Assembly (NCBI GenBank): GCA_964270895.1
Contig: OZ185446.1
Direction: 5' to 3' (one strand)
DNA length: 64,000 nucleotides
DNA from: Podarcis filfolensis
Lineage: Eukaryota
In this document: positions 12,021-25,500 of the stretch, piece by piece
How positions within the stretch are numbered: the stretch's first letter is position 1
Layout: every line of letters begins with the position of its first letter
The notes under the pieces: generated by a model
Told to the model about the DNA's origin: nothing
Database searches by the model: none
Seen by the model: the letters and a program-made list of their open reading frames with translations, nothing else
Translations under genes and position numbers: made by a program

Positions 12021-12710
12021 GAGTTTAGCGAGCTTGACCATGGTGACTGAGTGTTCAGGGATCTGAAAATCCTCACCACACATTCTCACTACATTTTTAT
12101 TTATTTTATTCACGTATTAGATCTTTAGATCACTTTTCGCTAAAGGTCTCAAAATGGTTTTCAGTGATACAGATTAAAACCAGGTATAGTTTAAAATAAA
12201 ACAAATATTTTAAACAATACAGGATAGGGCAGCCTAAAACCTCAGGGCAGGTAAATGAAATGTGTAAAGGAAGGATAGGACTAGAACTACGTTTCGTGGA
12301 AACGGCCATTTACCTGCAGCAGCGGAGCCCTGTGGTAGTGTGAAACAGCAGCTTTGAAGTTTGCACAAAGACAGTTTTCTAGCTAGAATTAGCCAGAAAC
12401 AGGTATGCAACCTTGTGGGAGGTGGTGATGGTGGAGAGATACATGTTTTCTGGATATCTGTTGCATCTTTGCTTCCAATGGATTCTGCTCATACAGTCAT
12501 CCTCAGTTATCAGCACTATCTATCACCCAAAGGAATCAAAATCCCAGAGTCACAAACAAACACACAGCTTTTTTTTAACTCACCAGAACTCAGTTCTGGC
12601 ACCTCTCAGGTGAGTTCCTGCACCTCTCAAGTGGGCACCATTGTCGTTCTAAGAAAATGTGGGTGGTGTTCTTGGTGAGTTCCGGCACCTCTTTTTCTTG
12701 AAAAATAGTG

Positions 12711-12738
<28 letters not shown>
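12711..12738. repeat. (GT)14 microsatellite
   Basis: Read directly. Confidence 0.95.
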
Positions 12739-12741
<3 letters not shown>

Positions 12742-13516
12742 GATTTTCATTGATACTTAGAAACAAGTCGTACTCCAGATCTGATTAATTACAAAGGCCC
12801 ATTTGATTAGTGACCTTCATTTGACCTTCTCTTACTGTATTGCTCTTGGCTTTTCCTGCACTCTTTCTCTTCAAATAATCTTGTGCAGCACATTGGCTGG
12901 GATCTCCAAGAGCTACTTTAGATGCGCCCAGTGGTTGTGGGCATGCTCAATGGGATTTTTTACTTACCCATTTTGAATGGCAGACACCCTCCTCCCCAAT
13001 GCCACAGGCTGCTCCCCAAAGCACCCTCCATGTGGTCGAGTATCATATCCAAAGTTCCACTGGACAAAAAAAAATGCCTAACATAGTACTCTAAATCTCG
13101 GCCATGATGGTGTACTGTGGTTTGGATTGACGTGAGACTGGGGTGGGGAAACCAGGCTGGCTGGCTTGTGGATGGTTCTGTGCTTTTGATCACTTATGAT
13201 TCTAATTTTGGGGGAGGGGGGTTCTTGTCGTTTGGCTTGGATAAATAAACCGTGATGCATACCATGGGTTTTATTTACTTTTGTTTATTTACAAGGATTT
13301 TTATATACTGCCTATTGCAATCCACCTCAAGGTGGTGTAGATGTTTTGTAGTGACCCCCATTGATCAGAGAGGTGGATGCTGTGTTGCTAGGTGGGCCTT
13401 ATAGCTTACTTTTTTCCACCAAGGCACACCCCTTGAGCAAGTAGTGCAAACCAACTGTTGTGATATATCTGCAAATGTACACAGAGAAATGCATGTGGCA
13501 AAAAGAGAGCGCCAAA

Positions 13517-13518
<2 letters not shown>

Positions 13519-13563
<45 letters not shown>
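13519..13563. repeat. (AT)22 microsatellite
   Basis: Read directly. Confidence 0.95.
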
Positions 13564-13566
<3 letters not shown>

Positions 13567-16500
13567 GCCCTAGAAATCAGGTTTACGGCAGTAGTTTTTG
13601 CATTTGGTTGGACATTAATTACCATGCAAACTAAAAGCAAGCAAATCCTCATGCCTCATCAAGTGCGTGCAGAATCTTCAACATTTTCAAATGATATGAT
13701 AGACTAATAGCAAAATACAATTATTGAGATTGCCAAAGCACCTTGCCCCAGAAAATATGAAAGTGCCGTGTTCAAAGCACTTGGAAAATAAACTCCCATT
13801 CTTTACAGCCCCATCGTCCCTATGGGATTTGGCATAAGACAGACTAGAAAATTTCTAAGAAATGTCAGGTTTCCTTTGCTGGCATTTTTTCTTTATATTA
13901 TTATTACTTTGTTCTGAGCAGAAACAACTTGGGCTCAAAAGGTAAAATTCATTGACTGTAGATTTTACTAAATGCGAGTTTAGTCGTGCAAGCAAAGAGA
14001 AGCGGAGAGTGTACTAAATATGACTACGTTTTACAATCCCTTTCTTCCCTCTTCCCCTTCTTCTACATTCCTCCCTCCCCCCCCTTTTTTTTTGATAAGC
14101 ACTTAAGAGAAGCCCATTCACTGGAAGCTGCCAATTCTTTTATTTACAATAAGAACAGATTGGCGAGACTAGAGAAAATGTGTGTGGCAAATTAGGGTGA
14201 ACTCAGTGGCCTGAATTTTAAATGTGAGGGAGGAAATATATATGAAGGGATCTTTCCATGCACTCCTCCCCTCCCCCCACCTTTTCTTTCTGAAACTGTC
14301 CTAAAGCCATTATCATAGTTGAATACTTTGCATAATGGAAAACACAGTCACCTCAGATCTTCTTTTGCATGACAAACTCTTGATTAGAAAAATAATAGAA
14401 TGGAAATGGAATTGGTGTTTACTATGGATGGCTGGAGAAAAGAACCCAGCATTAAAAGCAACAAGGGCAAGAGAAAAGGAGAAAACGCTCGACATCCCGG
14501 CGTATGATACAGACAGATGACTGAGTCTTTTCACAACAATATAAGCTTGTTTATAGTCAGGCCCTGGAGGCTGAGAAAAGTAGGGAAATTGATTTTAAAA
14601 TAAATAAATAAATAACCCCTACAATGAGAATTCTTTACCCTTAAAAATGGAACAGAAACTTTTATTCACAGATCCAAATGTATGACTCTCCCTATCTGGA
14701 GAGAAAAACAATTCATGAACCGCATTTTAAGTGTACTGACAATGAACCAGAAAAGAAGAGAGTGGTGTTTAGTGAATTAGACCAGTTGCCCATTTAGCCC
14801 CATACTACCTAAGTGGGTGAGTAGCAGCCATGCTACATACAACTCAGCACCTTGGACAGATACCCTTTCTAGCTCAACTACATCCCATCTCAAGGTAGTT
14901 CCATACAGTACTGGTAGTCTGGCGGAGCACCCTTTTTTTCCTGTCAAGGATCAAATGCCAATTGTGGGCAGGGCTGAAGCCAGTTATGGGTGGGGACTCC
15001 TCTCTCTGTGTTTCTGATGCCTCCTCCTTTCTTCTTTCTTCTTCTCTTTTAACATCTTTCTCTACAACCAACAGCTTGTTGAAGGATGGATGGCCGGGCA
15101 ACAGAATGTTAGGCCGTGACCCACCCGTGGCCCACATAAATAGCTGATAAATTCACATGGCATTAGGGGTGGCAGCAAAGGGTTCTGTGTGGCAGGGATG
15201 GGGAATAGGTGCCCCTTACAATTCACCTTACAATTCATCGGTATTGGGTACATGCATAAATTACAATGCATCAGGTGAACCCACTGCTAGGGACTGAAAC
15301 GGCCAGCTCTGGAGACCTGGCAGTTGCCTTAGGGTGCCGGGTGCTGGGCCTGGCTGCTTGTCTTGGCTACAAATCCTGAAGGAGCTCCGCACCACGGCCA
15401 TCTTGCCTTGTGGCACTGCTGTTTGTGGCAAGAGTGACACTTGAGCCCCAAGCCACAGGTTGTCCAACTGGAGGCAAGGCTACCAGACACAGCAGGGCTG
15501 CTGGAGAAGGCAGTCATAAATTAGCGGTTGGGAAAGGCAAGAGTGAGCCAGAAGCTGCTGAGCTGGACCCATCCTTGGTGCACCTGATGGCTGGGTCTGT
15601 AGCATTAGTTTTTGCTTTGCTTTGTTTTGAAAGAAGGATAACAAAGTCAGCCACGGCACCTTCAGCAAACACAGCTGACATGTTTGAGTCTCTAGACTTT
15701 TTCTTCCTCACAAGCAAGCTGATAAGAGATGCTTTTTAGCTGGCTTTTTCTCCTCCTTCTCCCCCTCCTTTTTCCTTTGCCTCTACTCTGTCTGACCCAG
15801 GAAAAACAAACAAACAACAAAACAAAATCCCATAAGAAAGGGCAAGAAGTTCTGAGATCTGCTACATGGTTATTGTTACTAGGGAAACGACTTCCTTCAC
15901 CGTCTTGTGTTCAGCGGCTCCGGCTGACTTCTCTCCCCCCCCCCCCGCTCCAGTCTCAGGCAACAATGCAAAGAGAGTGGCACAAAGGGAGAGGCAGATC
16001 CATATGGCCTATGTATTCCCATACATGTGTCAGCCCCACTTTCAAGAGCTGAAACGTTGCCCTTTCATAAAGCGAGCTTAATTATATTTAATAAACTTGA
16101 AGACTGTGTAAGGCAGAGCAGTGAAGAAGTCTCCTTCCCTTATGCCTTTAACGCCATAATTTTTCACAATTTGGTGTGGGAAGGAAGAATGTGCGGTATA
16201 TAAGCTCCAGGTTTGATTACTGTAATGAGCTTTAAATGGGGTTGCATTTGAAGGCAGTTTGGAAACTGTATCTAATGCAGAAGGGCAAGTGGCCAGATTG
16301 ATGGCTGAAAGCAGAAACCAGATCATGTAGCACCTATCCTGGCCTGGCTGCCTATACATTTTGAGACCCCAGTACTTGACAGAACACTTCTGCCACCATG
16401 ACCCTGCTTACAACCTTAGGTCAACCCCTGAAGCCCACTTCCAGCTGCCTTTCCAAGGGTGGTTCAGAGAGTGGTGACAAAGGGCCTTTTCAGTAGTGGC

Positions 16501-17760
16501 CCCCTATATGTGAAAAGCTTTTCAGCACTTGGTAACGACATTCCTCTCCTCCCGAGCACCTGATGAGAAATGGAAGTTGCTTTCTGCCTGCCTTAGTTAA
16601 TTATCCTTTTACTTTTTTACTTCTTATCCAGTAGCATGTTGTGACTATGGCATCATTTTATATTGTTGTCTTGTATGGTTTTTTTGTGTAATTTAATCTA
16701 CTGCAAGATGCCTTGAGTCTTTTTTAGAAATAGGTGCCTACGAATTTTAATGAACTTCAACTGCAGCAAAACCGTATCTTCAGGAAGAGTGGCATACAGA
16801 TGCGCAGAGTGAGCAGGAGCTCCAGGAAGCACCACCTGCGGCTCCCCCCCCTTAAGCTGCAATTGTCTAAAGAGAGCAAGGGCCAAGCCACCTGCTTTGC
16901 CTGCGCTTTGAGACATGCCGTCTTATAGCAAGTGAGAGAAGCAGATGTCACTCCACTTCACCCCCTCAAATGAATTCACATTTCCACCAGAAAAGATACC
17001 TAGGTGCACTATAAGAGGAACTTTCTTGACAATAGGTAGCATCCACAATTTCTACAGGAAAAATGTCATGTCTGTTGCTAAGAAGAATGAACAGTGGGAC
17101 ATTGGGGTTAGAGGCCAGGGTAATTGAAATTTGACCTGTGCAACCATTGGTGTAAATCGTGGCTCTTAAGGTTTACTGTAAGCACATATGGCCAAACTGA
17201 ACAACCCGTTGGCGAGTAAATATTGGCAGAAACACATTTGTTGGCAGCTGGTTCAAATATGCATGTGCAAGCCAAACATACAGCCAAACAAGGAAGTGTC
17301 ATTGCCATGCTACAAATAAACAAATAAAATGTGGGGGATATTTGACCCTTCGGATATTTATGAACTACGACTTCCATCATCCCTGGCTATTGGCCTTGCT
17401 AGCTAGGACAGATGGGAAATGTAGGTTATCAGCATCAGGAGAGCCAAAGGTACCTCACCCCTGAAATATATGAAAGAGCTTAAGAGACAACTGTTTCAGT
17501 TTTCTAGTGTGGAATGATACTGGCATGTTTATAGATCCCCCTGTTCCTTTCTTCCATCCCAGGTGGACAGTCTCCTGGGAAAACAGAATCCCCTCCACAA
17601 TGAAACACAGGGATGCATCTGGACAATAAGTTAGATTAAATTAGTTCCCCCTGTATCAGTTGGGTTTCAAGTTAACAAGCAAATCAGGGCTAAGTGAAGC
17701 CTGAATGATAACAGTGAGAACTAAGTTAAACTAACTAGGAGCACAGGAAGGAACATTGGC

Positions 17761-17946
17761 AAGCTGCCTTATACTGAATTAGACGATTTGTCTATCTAGC
17801 TCAGTATTGTCTGCACTGTTTGGCAGCAGCTGTCCAGGATTTCAGACTGTGCTCTCACCCAGCCTTACCTAGAGATGCCAGGGATTGAATTTAGGACCTT
17901 CTGTAGACAAAGCACATGCTCTACCACTGAGCTATGGCTCTTCCCC
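17761..17946 (-). mobile_element. Squam3-type tRNA-derived SINE
   Basis: Minus strand: ggggaagagccaTAGCTCAGTGGtagagc (A box), degenerate B box aattcaatccc, body gcagacaatactgagctagat, tail cagtataaggcagctt. Confidence 0.85.
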
Positions 17947-19389
17947 ATAAACATCATCTAAAACTGAGCCTGGATCTAGTCCCAAGTTTCCATTTTGGCT
18001 TTCAAGTTATGCACTTCTGGATCCAAACCCAAGCTACGTTTTTAGATTAGAAGCATTTACATGTAATAGTAGAGTCAACAGCAATAGTTCATTTTACAAA
18101 AATAAATAAATCACAAACTGCTTAATATAACCAGTTTCCAAGCCATGTACAATTTCTAAAAAATTAAATATATCCAGTAAAGTAAAAGATAACACAGGGT
18201 GATATTCAATGTTAGTCACACTTATAGAGTAGACCCATTGGGCCAGCCTTGTTGGCAGAAGACCCACACAGACTTTTTGCTTTTGCCAGCGGAGCTCCCC
18301 TACTTCCTCTTGTGCACACACATGCTTCCCCAAAAATAGGCTCTAGGGGATTCAGGAGAACCCCCAGAAGAATGCAAAGGGGAGGAATCATTTGGTTCGG
18401 CAAATTGAAAAGCTTGTGCAGACAGAATGATTGGAAGAGTGCAGTGTTGAATAGCACCCATCAAAATCAATGTACCTTAATTCTACAGCTTTCAATGGTC
18501 TGTTTTGAGTATCATTAAAGTTGGGTATCACCCATGCTTCACAACTCTGTATTGACCAACAAAACAATGCAAATATGAATAATTTCATTCATATTTATAA
18601 TCTGAATTGTCATGTTCTCTGCTGCTGTCCTTGTCTGGGTCAGAGCATACTATTTTATATGTACATCAGGCTAACCCTGGGAAATGCTTGCTGCTGTCAA
18701 AAGAAACACTTCAATATATGAACAACTTCTCAAGGGATGCAAGTCAACAGACTTTGCATCCCTCCAAACTAAAACAATCGGCCTCTCAGGATTGTAGATA
18801 TTAGCATCTAGAAGTAAATTTTCTCAAGTAGATACATTATTGGTCTGTGGGGAAGCTTTTAAAAGATAACTTAGGATGTTATTTTGAATTCGGAGTTTAT
18901 ATTATACCCTACCTTACTTTGGTGAGCAACAAAGCAAAAAAAAGTGTGAACCTCAAACTAAGTGACATATTAAAATACGGCGTCTTCTCAGGCATCTGTA
19001 AATATCAATGTCAGTCAACACTACCACTTTTCAATAAATATATTAAATTTGCAGTGCAAAATGAGGAGAAACAAACATTATATGATAACTATCCAAAGAT
19101 CATAATCACCGTGGGTCAGCACAATATAAAAGCCTTTTAAAAAATAGCTAAAAAGGCCGTTTTGTAAATTATCAGACTTACCAAAGCCAAATACACATGT
19201 ATGTACACACCCACCCACACCCACCCCTTGTACTAAAGACTGGTAACCCTGGACTGCCATTGCACACAATAAAACAAACCTGGTACATTTGCTTTTTAAT
19301 AGTGATTTAGTACTGTGGATCTATTCCGCCCTTTTGAGCAAAATATTGAGGGTGAGCTTGATGGAGTGTAAGGTATCAATGGTTCCTTG

Positions 19390-19592
19390 TTGTGACGGCT
19401 ATAAACTATGTCTGGTGTAGGAGGCAGTATGCCTCTGAATATCAGTTGCTCAAAATCACAAGAGTGGAGAGTGTTGTTCCACTTGGGTTGTGCTTGTGCC
19501 AGGTCCCACTGGCACCTGTTTGGCTTGTCGGGCATAGGATGTCAGGCTAGAGGGGCCTTGGGTCTTACCCAACAGGGCTCTTACGTTTTCAT
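19390..19592 (+). mobile_element. CR1-type LINE 3' fragment
   Basis: ggcagtatgcctctgaatatcagttgct...caggctagaggggccttgggtcttacccaacagggctctt; same family as 6850..7205. Confidence 0.55.
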
Positions 19593-20430
19593 AAGACTGA
19601 GAATGAAAAGTGTGTGCTTGGGAGAAAGCTCTTGATTTCTCCTTCCCAGCTGTAAATCAGTGTTCTTGTTTTAATGTGGTGGCTTCTTCTGTTGCTGCAT
19701 GGCTCCAGAGACGTACTTAGGCTCCCTTGGCAAGCAGCTGTATGGGTGCCTCTGAATCTGAGAGAGACCATGGACCAGAAACTTGGCTTTTCGTTGCCTT
19801 TTGCACTCCACCAGAAGTGTACCTAGACACTTCCTTCCCTCTGAGCTCTGCTGACACTGGGCTCACTCTTCTGATAGGGCTGGTGGCCTTCTAGGGAGGG
19901 GGCCCCACAGGGCTGCTGCGACAGCCCACACCAATGACTGGATTCCTTCACTGAGGCACCCAGAGAAATCTGTGCACCTCGCCTGGCCACCCAGGTAGCG
20001 GAGGGGCAGCCCCAGATGGGCGGGCTGGCTGGCTCCTAGACACTCTGAGCCAGGGCAGGAGTGACAATTTTTGCACACCCACCCACCCAGGCCTTGTCAG
20101 GAGCCAATTTGGTCCAACCCTATGTGTGCCCTTGCATGGTGCTACATTAAAAAAGCACTGAATTCTACCAGAGGATTGAAAGAAAGAATGAGGAACACAC
20201 TGGGAGTGGGCCTGATTCCTTCTGGGTTGTATCCAGTGGTAGTTGTACTCCGTGTAGACCTACTGAAAAGACTAGATTAATTCAATTGATTTTCAATAGG
20301 TCTGCTGTGAGTAGAAACATAGTTGTATACTGGGTATAGTTGGATAGGACTGAACTGATCCATCAGAACTCCTCTTATGTTCTATATTATTGCTCCTGGA
20401 ACTTCTCACCGTTTGGGGGAAGTGGGGGGG

Positions 20431-20439
20431 TGTGTGTGT

Positions 20440-20469
<30 letters not shown>
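20431..20469. repeat. Compound (TG)5(CG)3(CA)n alternating purine-pyrimidine tract
   Basis: Read directly; 39 nt of uninterrupted alternation. Confidence 0.9.
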
Positions 20470-20471
<2 letters not shown>

Positions 20472-21412
20472 TATATCCGTCCCAACCACAACAGTTCTGC
20501 ATTTTTGTTTCCATAGTATTGGATAATCAAGCAGTTGAGTAACTATAGACTTGGATAACTCAACTAGTGCATTATAATAATTTTTTTGTCCCAGTATCTC
20601 CATGCTAATTAATCTTGTACCCTTTAACATTTCTTACTTTCCTCAGCTGCAAACTTTGTGTTTCTTTCTCAAAGATGAATTTCCTCCTACCCTTCCTTTC
20701 CTTCAACTTACTGCTGTCTCTCTGAGCTGCCATCATTCCTATTCCTCTCTCTCTCTCTTTCTCTTTCAGACATCAAATCTTTCTCCCCTGCCCTTATATT
20801 TCCCAAGGGTTCTCAGCAGGAAATGCAAGACAGCAGGCAGCTCCCAAATGTCCGACTGGGCATCAGCAGTTGTCTCTCTTGGTGCTGTTAGAATGCACAG
20901 CTTGTTCGCACACTATTGATGCAAGACAGTCTAGATTCTGAAGTAGTGTGTGTTTCGTGAGATAATTCCCAGCTTGGAAGCACAGTCTTGGTTGTGGAAA
21001 AACATTCTAAGAATTGCTGCCTTTAGGCCTCCAAGCCAGAATGGTTTGTTCCAAGATACTATCAAAATACTGATAGCGATGTAGCACCTTCTCTCTGCAG
21101 AAATTCCAGAAAATAAAAAGTACAAAACTAGGTGTTGCTAAAAAAAGAACAAAATTTCAGTCCTGCCCCCTCCCCAATCAAATCAGTTCTGTTGCAATGC
21201 ATCCCCAAAGCTATTATTTATGGTTTGAATGTGTGCCAGTTACCTCAGCAATGAAGTAGGATAAAATGTCACAAGAACTAGGAAGTTGTGTTAACTGGAA
21301 AAGACAAAGTGGCAAAGAAATATAGAAAGTGCATATTGTTTGTTATTATGGCATGTATTTTTGTGCTTTTCTTGGTAAACTGTCCTGTGATCCTCAGATG
21401 AAGAATGGTATA

Positions 21413-21768
21413 AAGGTAAAGGTAAAGGGACCCCTGACCATTAGGTCCAGTCGTGACCGACTCTGGGGTTGCGGCGCTCATCTTGCTTTATTGGCCGAGG
21501 GAGCCAGCATACAGCTTCCGGGTCATGTGGCCAGCATGACAAAGCTGCTTCTGGAGAACCAGAGCAGCGCACGGAAATGCCGTTTACCTTCCCGCCGGAG
21601 CGGTTCCTATTTATCTACTTGCACTTTGACGTGCTTTCAGACTGCTAGGTTGGCAGGAGCTGGGACCGAGGGACGGGAGCTCACCACATCACGGGGATTT
21701 GAACTGCCAACCTTCTGATCGGCAAGCCCTAGGCTCTGTGGTTTAACCCACAGCACCACTCGCGTCCC
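21413..21768 (-). mobile_element. Full-length Sauria/Squam1 SINE, lacertid type
   Basis: Minus strand starts gggacgcgagtggtgctgtgggttaaacc and ends in (ACCTTT)n. Target-site duplication atgaagaatggtata (21398-21412) / aggaagaatagtata (21769-21783). Confidence 0.92.
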
Positions 21769-21804
21769 AGGAAGAATAGTATAGAAACCTAATAGATAAT
21801 AATA

Positions 21805-21920
21805 ATCCTCCATAGATTTGGTCTCCAGCTCCCACCACCCCTGACCATTGATCATGCTGTCTGGAGCTGATGGAGATGGGAGTCCCAACATCTGGAGGAC
21901 TGCATGTTCTCCAACCCTGC
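21805..21920. mobile_element. hAT-type palindromic MITE remnant
   Basis: gctgatgg..gggagtcccaacatctggagg..gttctccaaccctg; same family as 56621..56750. Confidence 0.55.
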
Positions 21921-21979
21921 CTTAGGCAAACAAGACAGCTTTTGAACTGGGCTCCAGTCTTGGTCTTCTCAAAAGGTGC

Positions 21980-22569
21980 TGTCAGGAACAGGTCAGCAGT
22001 AACTCACATGGCTTCAGTGAAGTTAACTCTTTATTCAAAGAAACAAGACAGCTCAGGAGGCCAGACCTAGTGAGCACAAGCAACTCTTCCCAGTAGAACT
22101 TGCCCCTATGAGACACTTGTGAGGACTGAAGGTACCTGCCTTTCCACCACTTTCAAAGCCCCATCCTCCCCCAGTTCCTTCTCAAGCAATCTGAGGCTTC
22201 ATCATCTTGCCTGCTTTTGCTCTGTACTCATCATAGCTCTTCGGGTTCTGGAAGACCACAGGGGAGAGGAGCTGGTCACAGCAAGAGGGGGAGACAGTTT
22301 GGCTTCCTCACCAGCCTAACACATCGCTGTTTCTTGGCCACCATTCCTCTCCAGCCTCCTCTTCTGCCTCTGGTTCTGGACTGCTCTCTGCCACAGGCTC
22401 TTCCTGCTCACTAAACCCCGTTACCTCTTCAGCTTCCAACAACTTCTCCCAGTCTTCTCCATCTTCTCCCTCTGACCACTCATTATCATCCCACCACTAA
22501 TCCCCTGCCTCTGAGCCTCCTTCCCTTGGAGATTCCCACCACCCTTCTGCATCCAGACAATCCATGACA
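21980..22569 (-). mobile_element. Solo LTR, 590 bp (probably Gypsy-like)
   Basis: Termini TGTCA...TGACA, perfect 5-bp target-site duplication GGTGC (21975-79 / 22570-74), and minus-strand AATAAA at 22030-35 about 50 nt from the 3' end. Confidence 0.8.
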
Positions 22570-25500
22570 GGTGCTCAGAGTTCTCTGCTCTAGCCTCAAA
22601 CCCCACAAAGGTAACAAAAAAATTAATTTCAATAAATGGCAACCCTATGTGACATTACTTACTATTTTGCCTCCAGCTTTACCCCTCCTTAGAAGCCACC
22701 CAGCAAGCTCAGGGTGTAATAATGCTTTCACTGATAACAAGAGAAAATTGACCCATTCCAGTCTTGAGGAAGTGACATCTCTGATCATGAAATGTGCTTT
22801 GGTTGGCTAGCGGTTGAATTATCTTTACAACCACTGCATAAGCATTTGCTGCCATTAAAATGGCCACCTATAGACACAGTTCTTCCATTCATTCTGTGAC
22901 CATCGGGTGGATGGGCAAAGAGATAGCCAGTTTTGAGCATCCTTCACCTGCTAATTGCTCTCACTCCACAAGGTCTTGAAAGTAGGGAATAAGGTAATCC
23001 ACTACTAAGCTGTTTCTCTTCATGGTAATATCTGTCACTGGGACAGGGAGAAAAAGGAGAAATTTCCTAAGCTTGATGTGTTAGGTCTGGCCATCAGTGG
23101 TTAAGAAGATAGTGTCCAGCACAAGCAGAGCTTTATTTTACCTAGCAGGAGCAAAGTTTGGACAATGCGGAGAAAGGTCTCTTTCCTGTCAGTGTTTTGT
23201 GGCCCTGGCTACTGGCTGAGGAGAAAGCTTTTCATTCTGAAATATGCTGCTGTTCCCACCGTCTGTAGAGACAGGAATATTAGCACTGTGAATTAATCAG
23301 AAATTCATCTCTCTCTAACTCTCTGGAAATAGAACAGAGCTTAGCAATTGTGTGCTCTACTTGTTCAGCAAGCACCACTGGAAGGAACAACCGTGGAACT
23401 GTTAGTGTGCTCTTAGCTATTGTGCTTGACACTCTCAGCATGATTCACTGCAGACAATATATACGACTATTCACAAGGGGAATGAACAGTAAATACTAGG
23501 CCCTGGATTTTTTTTTTAATAATAAAAAGTCTTGTCAGTTGTTTCCTGATTTGTATCCTTTATCCTCCTCGCTCTTGTGCAGTATAAGCTTCTCAAAGCT
23601 AATGCCCATAACACCACCCCCCACTGGTAGCAGCAGGCTGTTTTGCTGCTGTAGGGTTCACACTGCTATGATTTACAATGGCGGCCATTATTCTGAAAAG
23701 CTGTGCATTAACCTAGTGGCACAGGGTTGCTCAAACACCTTCCCTCTGGTTTTACTTTCCTCTGGGGAGCAGTAGCTATTACAGCAAAAGCTTTCTTGGT
23801 GGTAACAGCCAGGCTGAACTTGGCAAGAGGTACAGCTAAGAAGCAACTTGAAATATGAGCTATATCCACATAACCAAATTATATTGTTTTGAAGAGTGTT
23901 AGTGGTTCCCCACCCCCCAGTGGTGGTACTTTGATCCTGTGTAGAAAGAAGGTTGCCTTAAGCACAGCCTCTGAATTTGTATTTTTGTCCTGTATCTTGA
24001 ACGAAATATAACCACAGGGGAATGAACAAACAGGACATTTCTTGTTAATTCAAGATCTCATTGCCACCATCGGTTTAAACCCAGAGGGAATGAACAAATG
24101 ACAATATTGTGCTGCAATTTGTTCTCAAAAAGTAAATTTATCAATAAAGCCAATGGAAGTAATTCAAACCCCTTGAACAAAAAGCTCTCCTTTCCCATTC
24201 TCATATGTTCTCCATACGTTTTTAAATTTTTTGAATTGTGGTACTAATTGTACATAAAACTACCAAGAAGCATAGAAATCCTTTGATACTTTATTCAATA
24301 TAATATTACATGAAAACAGTCAACACCTGACAAACCATTACATCTTTCATAATACAGACAAATTTACACATTGAAAACAAACAATGTAACATTTACTTAA
24401 CCATACTGCTTACTAAGCTGTCATTCTAAATTGTGTGGCTATATGTATGTATACATATTTAATATTAACATTGTTTGAGTACCAAACCCCTGTTAAAAAG
24501 AGCACTTTTGTGCCTTATATAAAGAGCCCCAGCAAGGGAAGAGTTTGAATATAGCACTGCAGAAGGGCAGTTTTCTGGGATTAGGGAATTTCTTAGTGCA
24601 TCCTTTGTTTTTGCTTTTGAGAATATTGCAAGGCAACAACAAATATAATTACCTCCTCACCTTTATGTCAAGAGAGAAGGTTTAGTTATGGCCAATAACA
24701 GAACATCTATTTATATGGCATCTATATTCGGTGCCAGTCTGTACAGTCTAAATGCCATTTATCCTATTAGGTTATAAAAACAATAATGTTTTGTATGGAG
24801 CACACAGTTCGTAGTCCATTGTGCACACACATTAAAGATCACACTTAGGGTCTGTTGCCCTCACCACTGAGAGAGGTGAGGGTTTTTCCAAACCAGAATA
24901 AATAGGAAATGTCTATGTAAAGCTCTTCCAAATGTTGAAAGGAAGACTTGAACCCCAAAGTTTTCTAGCCATTGTGCATTAAAATTTCCACTGCTACTTA
25001 ACCACTTTATTCTTAAGAGAACCCCAAAGGTACTGTATAGTCAAGTAATGCCTATACTACTCCACTGTTTAGGTGTTCTGCATGTTTGGTAGGGTTCCTC
25101 TGAGAAGAAAAATCAACATTACAGCAAACTCTTATTGTTGACTGCAAGCTGAAGCTCTTCACAGCTTCAGAACTGTGAGTCTCCTCTCCTCATTGGTAAG
25201 CCCACTAAAACAAGAAGGGGTGCAATTCAGGAGTACTGTAAGGAAAAGGAAAGCTGTCACATTTCTAATACCAATCACATAGGCCCAATCTGTTATCAAA
25301 ACAGCACGGTTGTGGCTCTACCCACCTCTGGTCCTCTATTGCTAGTTCTCTGGCTATGCATTTGAAGCACAGAATCATGCGGAATAGTTGGATCCTGTAG
25401 GTAGACTTTACATCTACCCATGTGATAAAGCTCATTCAACTGTTACTGGAAAAGTACGGGATTCAATTATGGGAAAGCAACAACCTCCATTTCAGCAACA

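Noticed and set aside
13365-13707. ORFs with IYIYIY runs
   Set aside because: Translation of the (AT)22 microsatellite.
17870-17946. tRNA-like sequence
   Set aside because: It is the head of a Squam3 SINE: degenerate B box, continuing into SINE body.
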